Positions 1-13,578 of a stretch of DNA of 64,000 nt are shown piece after piece; position 1 is the stretch's first letter; the number at the start of each line of letters is the position of its first letter. The notes below the pieces were generated by a model, which made no database searches, was not told the DNA's origin, and was given only the letters and a program-made list of their open reading frames with translations. The stretch is from Chrysomallon squamiferum. Lineage: Eukaryota; Animalia; Mollusca. The translations under genes were made by a program, and so were the position numbers. The stretch lies in the NCBI GenBank assembly GCA_012295275.1, contig CM022679.1:27714001-27778000 (forward strand), in the 5' to 3' direction.

Positions 1-357
1 AGGGGTATATAATTAAATGAATTAATTGTATAGATAGTATCATAGTTTACTTCTTTGTTTCATACATGCTGAAAGTTACTATAAACAGTACTTTAACTAA
101 GGGTGTAACTGTAAGGGGTTACAAATGCCTGAGTAAGGGGAGAAATAAAAATACAATAAATAAGTTCTTGTTTTTTGGCATTACATGAATGCTTTAACAT
201 AAAAAGTTACATGTGAAAGAGTATTTTCCATTAAACCGTTATACTCAGAATTCTGGACAACGATTACTCATTTAGTTACTGCCAGTTACTGGTATCCACA
301 AATTTAAATATTATATTTATAATAAATAGGATTTTTTGATAATATATTTCTGGTTAC

Positions 358-494
358 CGTTTTGGGGTCTGCAAATCAACTGTACTATTGTCACTGTCAT
401 TCGGCTCTTCTGGTTCCCATTTTCGTTTCTGGCTTCTACCCCAATTATAATTATTGTATACATTTTTGGAAATTCGTTCCAACGAATTTCCCAT
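358..494 (-). CDS. GMCL1: Germ cell-less (BTB protein) first coding exon; gene continues beyond the left edge of the window
   Basis: Reads MGNSLERISKNVYNNYNWGRSQKRKWEPEEPNDSDNSTVDLQTPK(R), then a GTAACC donor at 357. The MG..S myristoylation-type start, KRK, acidic patch and L-x-TP-K/R match the N-terminal layout of vertebrate GMCL1 (LNTPRRKKLK) as remembered. Acceptor tcttttag lies before 554. Confidence 0.7.
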
Positions 495-977
495 TGTTGG
501 AAAGTCGGGAAAACAGAGTAGTTTCCCTTTGCAAATCTCGTAGCTGTGTCATCTCTAAAAGATAAAAAGTATTATAATTTTTAAAATGTTTTTTTCTGCT
601 TATCTTTTTAATTGTTTTATTGTTTAATAAACTTATTAGTGGGGGGGGGATGAAAACACACTTTTTTTTTTCTTTAAATTATTGCCTGGATGGAATGAGA
701 AATTTAGGGATCAATAAATTACGATCAATTCTTCGGCAGTTCGAAATCGGGGTGCAAGATATCAAACATCATTCCCACAGTTCCTGTGTACCAAGCCGTT
801 GTCATCCGTTTAATAGGAAACAAAATGAACACGAAAAAAAATACTAAAGTTCGATTTAGATCATATTTTCTCTGCCTCTTTATACACCATGATATACAAT
901 AACAGTATAACCTTATAAAAATATCGTAATTACTAATTATAATGCAGAGAATTGGCCCAAATGTCTTTCTCCCTTAC

Positions 978-1080
978 CTGTATTCTCTCCTCTCTTGAAC
1001 TCTCTTTCACCGCAGTCACACAGATAACATCTCACACTCCTGACGAACACTGGCAGACCATTACTGTCTTGGGTTCCTCA
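978..1080 (-). other. Putative 5'UTR exon of GMCL1 (5' boundary approximate)
   Basis: Strong donor CAG|GTAAGG at 978/977 on the minus strand, upstream of the acceptor at 554; E-box CACGTG near 1121. Confidence 0.45.
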
Positions 1081-1289
1081 AGAAAGCATCAGCGACAGTG
1101 TGTACCATATTTTAATATCCCACGTGTCGGATGAGAAAAAAACCTCAGACGTTAATGGTGTTTATGTCTCTTTAGATTGTGCTTTTAGTTCAGTCCCTCA
1201 TATATATATACTTGTAATATCCACTATGCAGCAGAATGTACGTGCTTTGAACAATATTTTAAAAGACAAGTGGCAGAGTTAAGAATTAC

Positions 1290-1425
1290 TATTTGTATAT
1301 GTGTAATACAAACTAATATAATACTGTACTTTGTTAAGAAAAACCAAATGGCTGAGTGATGGTATATATTAATATTAATAAACAATATTTTCAAAAGTAC
1401 TTTTAATTTTTTTAAAGCAACAATA
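1290..1425. repeat. Dispersed repeat fragment, copy 1 (partner at ~28775-28915)
   Basis: actttgttaag(a/c)aaaaccaaatggctgagtgatg(g/c)tatatattaat is shared by both loci. Confidence 0.75.
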
Positions 1426-1453
1426 CAGAACAAATAAATAACTTGCACTTTGT

Positions 1454-1493
<40 letters not shown>

Positions 1494-3028
1494 TTAAATA
1501 TAAATGTTTCAAGTTAAATAATCTGTAAACACAATTTACCTTTTAACATTAATTTATAATATGAAAATTAAAACTTTTAAAATTATTTTTACATTTATTT
1601 TTCCAACTTTTTTTAGTTTTCTGTGGTCTTTTTAATCTTACTAGAATGTGAAAAAGAGCTGTGATTTAAAAATATGTATTTCCAGATGTTTGTTCTCTCT
1701 TAATATTTCTATGAAGGATGACCTGTGAGCTACCACTGAGCTACATGTATGAGAACATAGACGCAAAAATATCAAAAATAAAAACATGGACACGTTTATA
1801 TATTTAAAAAGTAATTTATTTATTTTCACAAGCGTTTTTGCATAAATGTAAATTTTCTACTTGTGTGCAAAATTTAATGTCTATCCTTGCAGTTAATTAT
1901 AGGGCATCTTTCAGTCAGTGTGTTTGTTTTAAGTTACTGACAGAAAACTGCACTGGTCAGAACTCCACTAGAACAAAACAAGTAATACTAAGTTGAGGGG
2001 CAAACATGGTAAGTAAGAGTAGCTATACTAGTTTTAAAACACTGAAGTAAAACACAATCTACAGTTTACTGTTTTTATGTTATTGAGCTTGTTAAATCCA
2101 TTAGTGACAATGCTGGTTGTAAATAGCTTTCAAATCAGACTGGATAGTATATCTACATGTACTCTACAGTAGAAACAATAATGACAGAATAACAGACAAA
2201 ATAACATTATAACAATTTTATTGTGATGTTTCAACAAAAATATTTTTATCACATCTTACTCATTCAAAATATTTTTGTCAATCAGCAAGTGACAATTTAT
2301 AATTTAGCAACTTTTATTGCAATCATTAACTAATATTAAACAATACTTTTAACCCTGAAATAGAAAAGTAATATATAATTGTGTGAAAATATTTTAAAAT
2401 AATCACTGATGAAATCTCAAAACATAGCATTGAATTTATTTTACAGATGTACATACAAGCATAGTGATAATATACCAGTACATATAAACAACTTTGTTTT
2501 CATGTACAGCTGCACGCACACATGCACACACTGTAGTAAGCATTTTATATTTACAATCTTTTTCTTTCTTTGTTGATTTCTTTCCAACTCATTACCTTCA
2601 TTTTAAAAAATTAAAATTTTAAGAAAATAAAATTAAATAAAATGTAGTGAAGGAACTTTGCAGACTTCACTATCAGTTATACAAGATACATTTATAAGAA
2701 TTTTTTGTAGAATGTGAAAAGATGTAACATATGCCAGTTAACGTAATCCTACTTAGAGCATCAGAACTTTGAGTTATAATTTAAAATATCTGTGACCCAT
2801 TTAAATCACAATTTGATAAAAATCCAGACAAAGAATTATTCAAATTTCATTTCATTTTAAAAAATAATTTTATAATAATAATGATAAATAAAAGTTTGGT
2901 AACAAATTCAGCATGAAATTTTGTTCCAGATATTTATCATAAATGTTTTAGATATGTGTATAATTGTAAAACGAAACAAATTCTCATGCTGATGTACATT
3001 TCTTGTATCGCCCTGAAATAAAACATAC

Positions 3029-3143
3029 AAATGAAATCTGTTATAAAATACAAAAATAAATATGAAATCTGTTATAAAATAAAAAAAACAAAAATGAAAT
3101 CTGTTATAAAATAAAGAAACAAAAATGAAATTTGTTATAAAAT
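3029..3143. repeat. ~31-bp tandem repeat, 4 copies
   Basis: atgaaatctgttataaaata recurs near 3030, 3061, 3093 and 3124. Confidence 0.8.
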
Positions 3144-5622
3144 AAAAAAATAAAACCTCTGATAAAACAGTGAAAGTCAAAATCCCAGCATTAACTTAAA
3201 GCAACAAAAAATGAATATTTTAACCTGTTGTATTAATTGGAATGATTTAATGATGTTAATTATTTAAATAATAACAAGTAGTTTGCTCTCATATTGTCTT
3301 ATTCACTGTGAAAAGTCAACTGAGTGTAGACAAACACAAGTGTAATCTACACTGTGTGAAAAGTCGGCAGAATAGACAAACTCAAGTGTAATTTACATTT
3401 ACTGAAAATCAAATGACGAGACATGTACAAGTGTAATCTACATTCAATTGATTGTAGACAAACACAAATATAATCTGCATTCAACATAATAAGTAAAATG
3501 AATGTAGACAAAGACAAATGTAAATTTTCTAAACAGTGTCTACCAGTTAGAGATACAAGAATTCAATGATAAACAGAATTTTTCAGCTGTACGCTTCCTG
3601 AAATAATAGTAAATAAAATAATCACAGCAAATCTTTAGTACACTCCAATAACAAAATTACTCGTCACAGCTTTTAAAATGTATAAAATAAACAATTCTAT
3701 GTACAGTATATATTTAGAAAATTAATATACCTGTGTATGTGTCAGAACAAATTAAGAACATTAAAGGCAGACAATGTGGTATACATTTAGCAATCCCCAG
3801 ATATTTAAACAAATTTGGCACATCAGTCCCTGATATAGCAAACTGTAAAACTATCTTTTCACCATGATTGTCACATTTAACTAATTCTCCAACACTATCT
3901 TAACACCAAATCATATGATGTTTTAATTTATTTAGTAACTCCTAATTGACTCACTAATGAGGTCAAAGTATGAAAACAATTATGATGTTTCTGATGCAGA
4001 AAGGCCAATAAACAAATTGTTGACTAAAAATATAAGTTTGCAGTGGAAACTCATCTTGGACACTTATTAACAAAAGAAGTTGGAAACAATTTGGAATTAT
4101 ATAACAATCATCTCTATAAAACAGTGTAACAAACTCTTCATTCCAGTTTTTAAACACAACAATTAATACACTCATGTGACTTTATTTAAGTAGTCACAGT
4201 CTGGACAGACACAAACATCTCAGTAATTTACATGTTACAGAATATTGTATATTTAGTGTTTGTGGAATGTTGTGTAAATTATCAACAACATAAGATTCTT
4301 CTTCTTTTTGTAATAATTATAACTGTCTCAGAATAAAATCCAGCTTCAGACTGAACAATAACAAACTTTGTATTATTCTGAAATATAAAAAATACAATAA
4401 AGGAACACATAATCTGTAGCAAAAGGTTACAAAGCTGGTTCACGTTTTAGTTTATTTATCAATATTTCTCTCTGTGCACAAGCATTTATTTTCTGCATTT
4501 CCAATTTTTCTTTGAAATACTTAAAGACAAGTTTTCTTTTTTATTCTATACAAATAATATCAATTAAACTAGCAAATATTAACAGAACAGAACGTACTTT
4601 ATTCATTATATACATTAAAACAAATAACTTAAAAAACACATCTTGTGACGAGTAATTTAAACAGTAATATTAAATTGTAAAATTTATTTTTAAACAAACG
4701 CTAGAAAACGTAAAATTAAATATAAATGTTCAAATTAATTAGATACTTTGTAGCCAACATTTGCAAGTTTAAATAATACAAAATAATGACAGGTTTGTAA
4801 TTTGTTTTAGATTAATTAATTCTTAACAAAAGATAAAATATAATGAGGAAATCACTTATTTCACTAAGTGTAAATAGACTAATGTAGTAAGTTCATTCAA
4901 TGTGGCAGTGTGAGAAAATTACAAATAAGTAAAAATATAAAATATACATCAACTAGATATAAGCTTAGTAAAAATATAAATACAACAGTATGTCATGTCA
5001 CTTAGCAATTCAGAGCAACTGTATGCCATGTCACTGAACAATATAGGACAATTGTATGTTATGTGATTTAGCAAAACAGAACAATTAACTGACAAAACAA
5101 ACAGCAAATCCATATAAAAATTAAATAAACATATAAATAAAATAAACTTTCATTTTGAAGTTTCATTATCAATGTTAATTAAATTTCATCAGTCACAGTA
5201 GTATGGTTCTCATAACCAACTTTTACTGTTTTAATCAAAGACATTTTAAGTGTAAACATGAAAATGCATACTGTAATTCATAAAGTCTCACAACTTGTTC
5301 AATATTGACAGTTCATGTTATTAGACAAACCTGACAATTTATGTTGTTAGACAGGCTGCCATGTTATTAACCTGACAATGTTAAGAGATAAGCTTTTATG
5401 TTTTCTTTTCAGTGTCTGCAGTCAACTACATTTAGCAACTGTTGAGTAATCAAGTTCACTCTCAAGTGATTTGCCATTCTGTAAGAAATTGTGCAGGACT
5501 GTTAACACAATGTCTCTGAGAGTTAGACGTGGCAGAACAGATCTGACTTAATGCTAACATAATAAAATAATTTACAATGCTATTTTATTTGTGACTTGAA
5601 AATATTTCTATCATTTTCAATA

Positions 5623-8566
5623 TTAAGCCCTCTTTGGCTCAAACCATTCAACAAAACACTCTGGCCACCTCAAAGGCCATTCAAATTTGTTGGGAACAAC
5701 ACCATCACATTTCGATTCAAAGAAAGAAAACATAGGAAACCACACCCTAGTCCGTGGTGCGTCTGTTTGTCTGAGTGAGCGGTTGTTGGCCAGGGTGTGG
5801 TAGTACATGAACAGACGTGATGTCAAATAGAAGGAGATGAATACATCAATAGAGTAGTGTTCATGTGCAGACAGAATGAAAAATATTCCAAAGAAATTGA
5901 GAACCCAGGACATCATGTGTAAGTAATACAGTCTGTTTCTAGGCGTGTCTGAAAAATAAAAGTAATATCAAAATTACAACCTAGTAAAAATATATAACTC
6001 TCAATTTCTAGCTTTTTTCATATATTATATATCTATAACATTTTTATTCATTATTATGTAATTAAAACAGATATTTGTTGTTAAAAAAAGTAATACTTCA
6101 AAGGGAGATCATTTTCAATAATTTATAATGCTGTATTATAGTTTGCCTACTATTTGTAATTTATGAATGTTAATTTCCTGACTGATGGTAACACTACATT
6201 ACAGAAATTCAAATCTAAATGGCAAGCCCAAATAAATAGCATACATTCAGTGATAAAAAAGTTCAGTATTGTAATGATAGCAGTATGTCCACTGAACATG
6301 TAGTCCCCACAGCTGGAAACACCCTGCAGAGACATGCCAAACTTCTTCCAGATTTCAAACGTCCTGGTCAGTCGTGTCCACATGTCTCCATACCTCTAAT
6401 TAAAATAAAAAACATCTCATACAGAGTTATTTCATTTACTACATGCATTAAAAATGTACTAGTTATTACTATTATTATAACTATACTTATTGCACTTACT
6501 ACAATTATTATATTTATCACAGTTATTATACTTACCATGATTATTACACTTACTAAAACTATGGCTTTTACACTTCTTGTAGTTATTATACTTACTATAG
6601 TTATCATACTTACTACAGTCATTATACTTACTATAGTTATAATACTTATTGTTGTTATTATACTTACTAGTTATTTTATTTACTATACTTACTACACTCA
6701 CTATAGTTATTACACTTACTATAGTTATTAAACTTACTATAGTTATTATATTTACAATAGTTATTACACTTACTATAGTTATATTTACAATAGTTATTAC
6801 ATTTACAATAGTTATTACACTTACTAGTTATTATATTTACCATAGTTATTACTTACTATAGTTATTATACTTACTATAATTATTACACTTACTATATTTA
6901 TTATACTTACTACAGTTATTATATTTACTGTAGTTATTACACGTACTATAGTTCTTACACTTGCTATAGTTATTATGAATAAAATATTTGTCGTGCTATA
7001 CAAGATTTAGTACTGTTGAAACTGTTATTGAATCGATATTTTTAGTAAGTTTAGGTAGCTACTTCTACTGAATACTGAAGTAAACTATACTCTGCTACTT
7101 GAATTCTTCCATACGAACATTAATACCTGACAGTCAGACTGACTGACAAGTGATAAGAACAGCAGAGTTTTGTTTGTTAATATGTTCTTATAAACAAAAT
7201 CTCTAACCTGTCCACTACACTGAAGATGAACTCCGGGTACAGAAAGAGATGTGATCAACATCGTCACACAGCGCAGCAGAAAAATAGTCCCAGTCAAAGA
7301 GAACATTCGTCTCATAAGTATAAATCTGAAATTTACTTATATATTTATATAAGTATAAATCTGAAATTTATTTATTTATTAATTTCTATGAATATAAATC
7401 TGAAATTTACAACTTTATATATCTTAGTTAATATAAAAATGTATTTATCTAACAATTCTTATTTTTTCATTTTAAATACGTAAAACAATATTTGATTCAG
7501 TTGGCAATAATAGTTAAAAAAATTACTTTTATTATTTCTGTACATATGTTTTCAATTCTCAAGTTTGTTTGTTTTTTTATTGGTTTTTTTTTTTTTTTAT
7601 GCTGTCATGTTTTATTTTATTTTATTCCAGCTGGGAAGATATGTATGAAAAAGTTTCCACACTGCAAGTTATGGTAATAAATGTGTTAAGGTATAGTTGT
7701 CGGTAGTTTTAGTTGTGGGTTTTTGTGAGACATAACAAAGTCACATGATATTTTCTAAACAAGATTATGTACATATTATAGATTATACACACACATACTA
7801 GGAAGGAAACAAGAACATTTAACAAAAGTTTTTCACACATTTACACTAAGTTTCACTATAAATGTTAGTAGTATAGATGTATCACCTTACCACAAGCAGT
7901 TAATGATCTCAGTACTAACCTATGCTTGTGAAAGAAAAGTATTATTATCCACACTGTACAAAGAAATGTGCCAACTAGTTCACATGCCTCAAATGCCCAA
8001 GGCACATAGGGCATATTGTCAAGAAAAAGGTCTGGCAATGGTGGATATTTTTGCATATCAGGAACTCGGTCATGTACAATGACCATGACGAAGGCAGTCA
8101 ACAAGAAAACAGCAAACACATAAATAAAACTCAGTGCTGTTTTCCACACCTCAGGGTCAAGATTTTTTGCATACGACGAACCGTAGCTGTAGCTAATGTC
8201 ATCATCAATGTCGTCAGACTCAGCACTTTCAATACTTAATGAACGTCGTGCAGTCAAGTGACCACTTCTTGGAGAAATGTAAACAACTTTAGGACGATGG
8301 TACAGTGAACCGTTGTTGGTTGTCAGTGGGCTGAGAGGTTCCTTTTTGTCATCTTTGAGACTGTTAATTTTTATAATAAGTCGTTTGACATCACCTAACA
8401 CCTGGATGTGGAGTGGTGGCTGTTTTAAATCATCTTCAACAAGCGACAGCAAAGCAAGGCCATCAATTTTGTGTTCCTCACAGAAAAGGTTCTGATACTC
8501 GGCAAAGCCATTTTTCTCTAGCCACTCCCCTACCTCCTCACATGTCCACTCCTCAGCCTTTGACAT
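5623..8566 (-). CDS. SAMD8: Sphingomyelin synthase-related protein (SMSr, SAM-domain ceramide phosphoethanolamine synthase), 413 aa, 4 coding exons
   Basis: Exons 8566-7920, 7325-7208, 6395-6245, 5948-5623; all GT-AG with consistent phases, 1242 nt. N-terminal SAM domain ([19 protein letters not shown]), PPLPD motif, [10 protein letters not shown] and HEHYSIDV catalytic motifs. Confidence 0.95.
6459..6976. repeat. 18-bp minisatellite in an SMSr intron
   Basis: Degenerate (cttactatagttattata/ca)n. Confidence 0.9.
7314..7410 (-). repeat. Triplicated splice-acceptor junction of SMSr coding exon 2
   Basis: taaatttcag|atttata at the true exon start 7325 and again at 7360 and 7399. Confidence 0.75.
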
Positions 8567-9389
8567 TGTCACCTAAAATATAACACTGTTAATATAAACA
8601 TTCAGTGTAACCTAAACTCAAACTCACTACTACAAAGTAAAATACAGTAAAGGCAATGTCAAATAAAGTTTGATAATAAATATAAATGAACAGATTGAAA
8701 TTTAGTTATAATGTATAAATTAGGTTGTTGTTAATATGTCATATTATCACAATATGAATATATAAATAAAATATTAAATTTTTAGTTTTTAAATTCCTTT
8801 TTTGTTGTTGCTTATTAATTTATATTTTCTTTAAAGTTTATTATTATTATTATTTTTACAGCTCATTTATCCAACAATCCTGCAACCAAAGGTGACATGA
8901 TTTGAGTTTTTTGGACCAAGTATAATACATTGTATGCCACTGAAAACATACCAGTACTAATATACAATTATTTTGTATATTAATGTGATATAACTATTCA
9001 TAACTTTTTTCTTTTTTATTCAAAGAAGGGTTTTAATTATTAAATGACAACAGAGACATCAAACTTAGTTGAACTGTGTTCATGTATGAAGATGACAGGC
9101 AAAGCAAAAGCAAAATTCAATGATGTATGTTAACCTCTATCTTTCTCACACTAAGTAGTACTGACATATGGAGAGTCATTGAAGCCTAAATGTCAAATAA
9201 CTAACAGAATGTACAGTTCCCAGTTTTTATGTATTTATGTTTAAAATAGATTAATATTTGCAGAAAAAAATGGAAAAACAAAATCTGTGGTTTTCAGTAC
9301 ATGTGTTATTATTATTATTAATTATTATTATTGAAATTACTTCACAGTACAAATACATTTATCTACATGATTTGATTTTACAGTTTTAA

Positions 9390-9626
9390 TAATATATGCC
9401 AAATGATTTACAGTCATGATTAGTTTTATAATTATTATAACTCGATTGTGTCAATTTGTGATATTTAAACAGCTTATCACCCAGAAAGATGCCAAGTTCT
9501 GGGATGATGGAATCATGAAGATGCCTCAATGAGAGCAAAAGGAAGAGGAATAAATTGGCATGTATATGGCTGAATACATAATAAATCTTTGAACTTTTGT
9601 TCAAACTCCAATGTCTATGTATCTGT

Positions 9627-9679
<53 letters not shown>

Positions 9680-10600
9680 AAAGAGTGAGATATAGAGAGA
9701 AAATCAGAAATTAAACAATAATAAATAAAGTAAAATAACCAAATTAATTAATTTTCTGGTACTTAGAATAGTGTCATTGCAAAATAAAATGGATATAACT
9801 GAAAGAAAAAGGAAAACATATTTACGATTTTACTCCTAATCTGAATTTTTTTTTAATAATTTCTAGTGTTATTTATTTATATATTTTGCTTATTTTAATG
9901 TTATTTTTAATATGTATGTTTCTCAATTATTAAATTGTTTATCTTATTTTTTTTTCGGTATTTTATTTTAGATTTTTAAAAAAATGAAATAGGTAAAAGT
10001 TAATCAGCAATCGCAATTCTTTTCTGTCATTTTTGTTTCTTTTTAAAATGTGATTATAAATAAATAACCATATCAAGACACCTGATTAAAGTATATTTTT
10101 TTTTTTTTTGGTGTGACGAACTTACAACTTATGTTCGACCTCCACAGACGATTCCAGTTCTTGGGCACAGTGTTTCGGAATATGACCGTTTACTGATGTT
10201 TTAATGACTAAACATTCAACACAGAACAAAATTCATTTTACCTCAGGATTTAATGTTTGTGATTATGTTTTTGTTTGTTGTTTTCTTCAATTTTTCAAAG
10301 TACAACATATTAAACAAGTGTTATTTACAAATCCACCTCATGACTTAAAACACCAGTAACCAAAATATGTTACGCTGATCATAATTCGGAATAAGTCGGC
10401 TACATTCGGAACGTAAAATGTGAATAGTAAATTAACCTATTAGTAGAGAATTATAATGGCATAGAATATAAATATTCTTTATAAATTGAATTAATATAAA
10501 TGTATCCGCATGATTTCATTTTTTCAATTATTAAACGAATATGCCAAATGATTTACAATCATGATAAGTTGTATACTTATCATAACTTGATTGTGTCCCT
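9390..10600. repeat. Pair of ~60-bp diverged direct repeats (about 9392-9452 and 10538-10597) flanking the SMSr first-exon region
   Basis: atatgccaaatgatttaca(g/a)tcatgat...ataact(c/t)gattgtgtc at both sites. Confidence 0.7.
10126..10400 (-). other. Putative non-coding first exon / promoter region of SMSr (boundaries approximate)
   Basis: Minus-strand donors GAG|GTAAAA (10242/10241) and GTT|GTAAGT (10126/10125) in a locally CpG-richer patch; the coding exon at 8572 begins with an acceptor, so an upstream exon is required. Confidence 0.35.
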
Positions 10601-11734
10601 TCGATAGCGAGACTGGAAGATGGACTTTGCAGTGAATTAATCAAATGAACCTTTAGAATTATTTATTAACGTTTGCTTGCAACTAATAACAGATATTTGA
10701 GATTTGTAAATTTATTTAAAAAAAATATATATATATATATATATATTGTCTAAGAATAATTTATCTGCAAAATTAAGTATTGGAATTACAATCTTTTCCG
10801 TCAACGTTTTTAATATTGTTATAATAGAGAAATTTGAAAAACAAAGTAAATTGGCATTTAATATTTTTTTATTATGTATTTTCATTTCTTATTTCAAGTG
10901 TGCCTGTTTTTATGTGTGTGTTTGTGTATATGTGTGTGTGTATGTATATGTGTGTATGTGTTTTTGGCTGTATATTGGTGTGTGTGCGTGTGTATGTCTG
11001 CGCGTGTGAATGTGTGTGTCTGTGTATATATATGTTTGTCTCTGGTGTGTATTTGTGCGTGTTTGTGCCTGTGTGTATGAGTATGTGTGTGTCTCTGGAT
11101 ATGTATTTGTGCATATTTCTTTTCTTTTTTATTTAAAACAACAACAACAATAATAATGCTGTTATTGATGTTATTAATTGTTGTTGTGTTATTGTTGTAT
11201 TCATGTATGGATTTCGGGATCTAATAGTTCTGCTTTAATAAACTGAGATTTACGTACGTTTTGCACGTGTGTATACTGTACGTGTTTATTTTTGTACTTA
11301 AATGTCAGTGATTACGCTCGGACGTATTATCTATCTGTGGCTGTATATTTATATTTATATATATATGAGAATATAATATATGAATATAATCTGTGTTTAT
11401 ATGTGTATTTATATGTGTCAATACAAGTGTGTGCGTGCTTAGGTATGTGGGCGTGTGGTATGGAAATGTGTACAGTATTTTACATAAAATGTTTTGTGTG
11501 TGGCGGTATGCCAGTGAGTGTAATTTCACTTTTGCTTTGAAATTCGTGATTTTTAAAATGTTTCACACAGAAACAGTATAAATTAATTCATTCTTCGTGG
11601 AAAACTAAGCAGTCTGGTTCAGAATTAAGCAGGGTAAAGAAAAACAAGCCGAGAGAACACATGAGCACGGTGGTGCTTTGCCTCCAGTATTTTAACAACT
11701 GATACCAGCGTCTGTCTACACCGATAACAAACCG

Positions 11735-11748
11735 GTTGTCATGGAAAC
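11735..11748. promoter_or_regulatory. RFX X-box-like motif
   Basis: GTTGTCATGGAAAC, about 300 bp upstream of the putative filamin first exon. Confidence 0.45.
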
Positions 11749-11835
11749 AAATACGTTAAAATGGTATCAGTTTTCCTAAAGACTCGTGTAAAAAAAAAAA
11801 TTCAATAACTAGCCTAAGTATTTGTAATTTAAAAT

Positions 11836-11893
<58 letters not shown>

Positions 11894-12029
11894 GTAATAG
11901 TAATAAAAGAAAGAAATAAATAACCGAATAGCTAAATAAGGAAAGATGAAGTAAAAATACATTTATTTATATATAAATAAAAATATGTTTTGTTTTAGCA
12001 TTTTGTGGCGCATTAGTTGTAGTAGAGAA

Positions 12030-12174
12030 GACGTTAAACAAGATTCGAGTGTGCTCTGGTCTATTTTTGGTGATATCTTGTTGCAGACGAAACGAGCGCC
12101 ACGCGCCCAGGACTCGTTTGCTGCTAGTCAAAGTTGAAGGTTGCTGTTCTTCACAGTGCATAGACAGAACGCAG
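12030..12174 (+). other. Putative non-coding first exon of the short filamin gene (5' boundary approximate)
   Basis: CpG-rich patch (gagcgccacgcgcccagg) ending in the strong donor GCAG|GTAAGA at 12174/12175; the next plus-strand coding exon (23384) starts with an acceptor. Confidence 0.5.
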
Positions 12175-12507
12175 GTAAGAACTTTAGAATCAATATCAAA
12201 TTATTCTAACATAAAATTAGGTTAGTGTTGTGTTTAAATTTTGTTTCTTTTGAAAAAAGAAATAACAATAACAAAATAAAGAAAAATCTAAAATTAAGAA
12301 AAAATACAATGAACAAAAAGAACTGAGCTATTTTTAATTATAACACATAACGTCCATAAGAAACGGATACAAATTTGTTTTAATTAAATTAAAACTTAAT
12401 TAGTACTCTTCTAATAAGGCTTTCAGACTGAACCTGTACAATCTTTTGACAAGGAAATATTTTGTATAACATTATAAAGAGGTGTTTGTTCAATTTTTTA
12501 TTATTTG

Positions 12508-12567
<60 letters not shown>

Positions 12568-13533
12568 GTTATTAATTTATTTTCTTACTTACTTACTTAT
12601 CTGTTTATTTATTATTTTTAATCGTACAATAAGATGTAATTAAACATAACAATAAATTATATATTTTTTATAAGATATTGTGTTATATGATTGTTATAAT
12701 TTTATGTATAAAAGATCCTAACAATAATATTGACAAGGAATATCTTTAATTGTAGTACTACATATATTTATATTAATAATTTATTTTAATGTTTTTCCTA
12801 TCTTTTTCAATATTTAAATAAATTAATGGAGTTTTAGCAACAGTTGAAATCTTGATGGTTATTATTATCTGAATTTATTTCTTATTTGTTCGTATATCTA
12901 TCAAATTTCTCCAAATGTTGATGATTTTAAATAATTGCCTCTCTGGATGATAGTTTATGACGTAACAAAGTGTTCTAAAATTGGTTCGACTCACTTTTAC
13001 GACATGTACGAAGATCATTTTTGTTTCTTCCTAATATGTATAAATAATCTACAACGAATAGCTATTACAATTTTGGCTATGAAATCTTTACAAAATAAAT
13101 TGCCATTAAAGGAATATCGGTTGTTTTCTGGGTTTTTTTTTAATAATAATAATTATTATTATTATGGTTGATGATTTTGGAATATCTTGCCTGTACGGTG
13201 CTTTCCATCGTAGTTTCTTTCCTAAAGACATAAATCAGTTAAACAAAAACAAACAACCTAATAAGAAAAGACCAAAAAAAAAAAAAAAAAAAAAAGGTTA
13301 GATTATGACGTTATATTGGTTATGGTGATAACTGATGAGTCAAACATGAACTAAGTGAGGTGTGCCTGTTTGAACGTAACGCTTCAAGTTTGTATTTCAT
13401 GAGTAAAAATTGGTGTAAATAATATATACAGCATAACAATCTGTATTTCATAAATACTGTGTAGCACGGATGATAATATATAACAGTTGTTATAATATAT
13501 TATAACATAAAGAATATAAAACAGTGCAGTGTA

Positions 13534-13578
<45 letters not shown>

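Noticed and set aside
6285-6861. Membrane-protein-like ORFs
   Set aside because: Produced by the 18-bp minisatellite and the antisense strand of an SMSr exon.
10746-11581. Cys/Val-rich and His/Thr-rich ORFs (also near 13500, 18100, 23800, 29800 and 37700)
   Set aside because: Translations of (TG)n, (CA)n and (CATA)n microsatellites.
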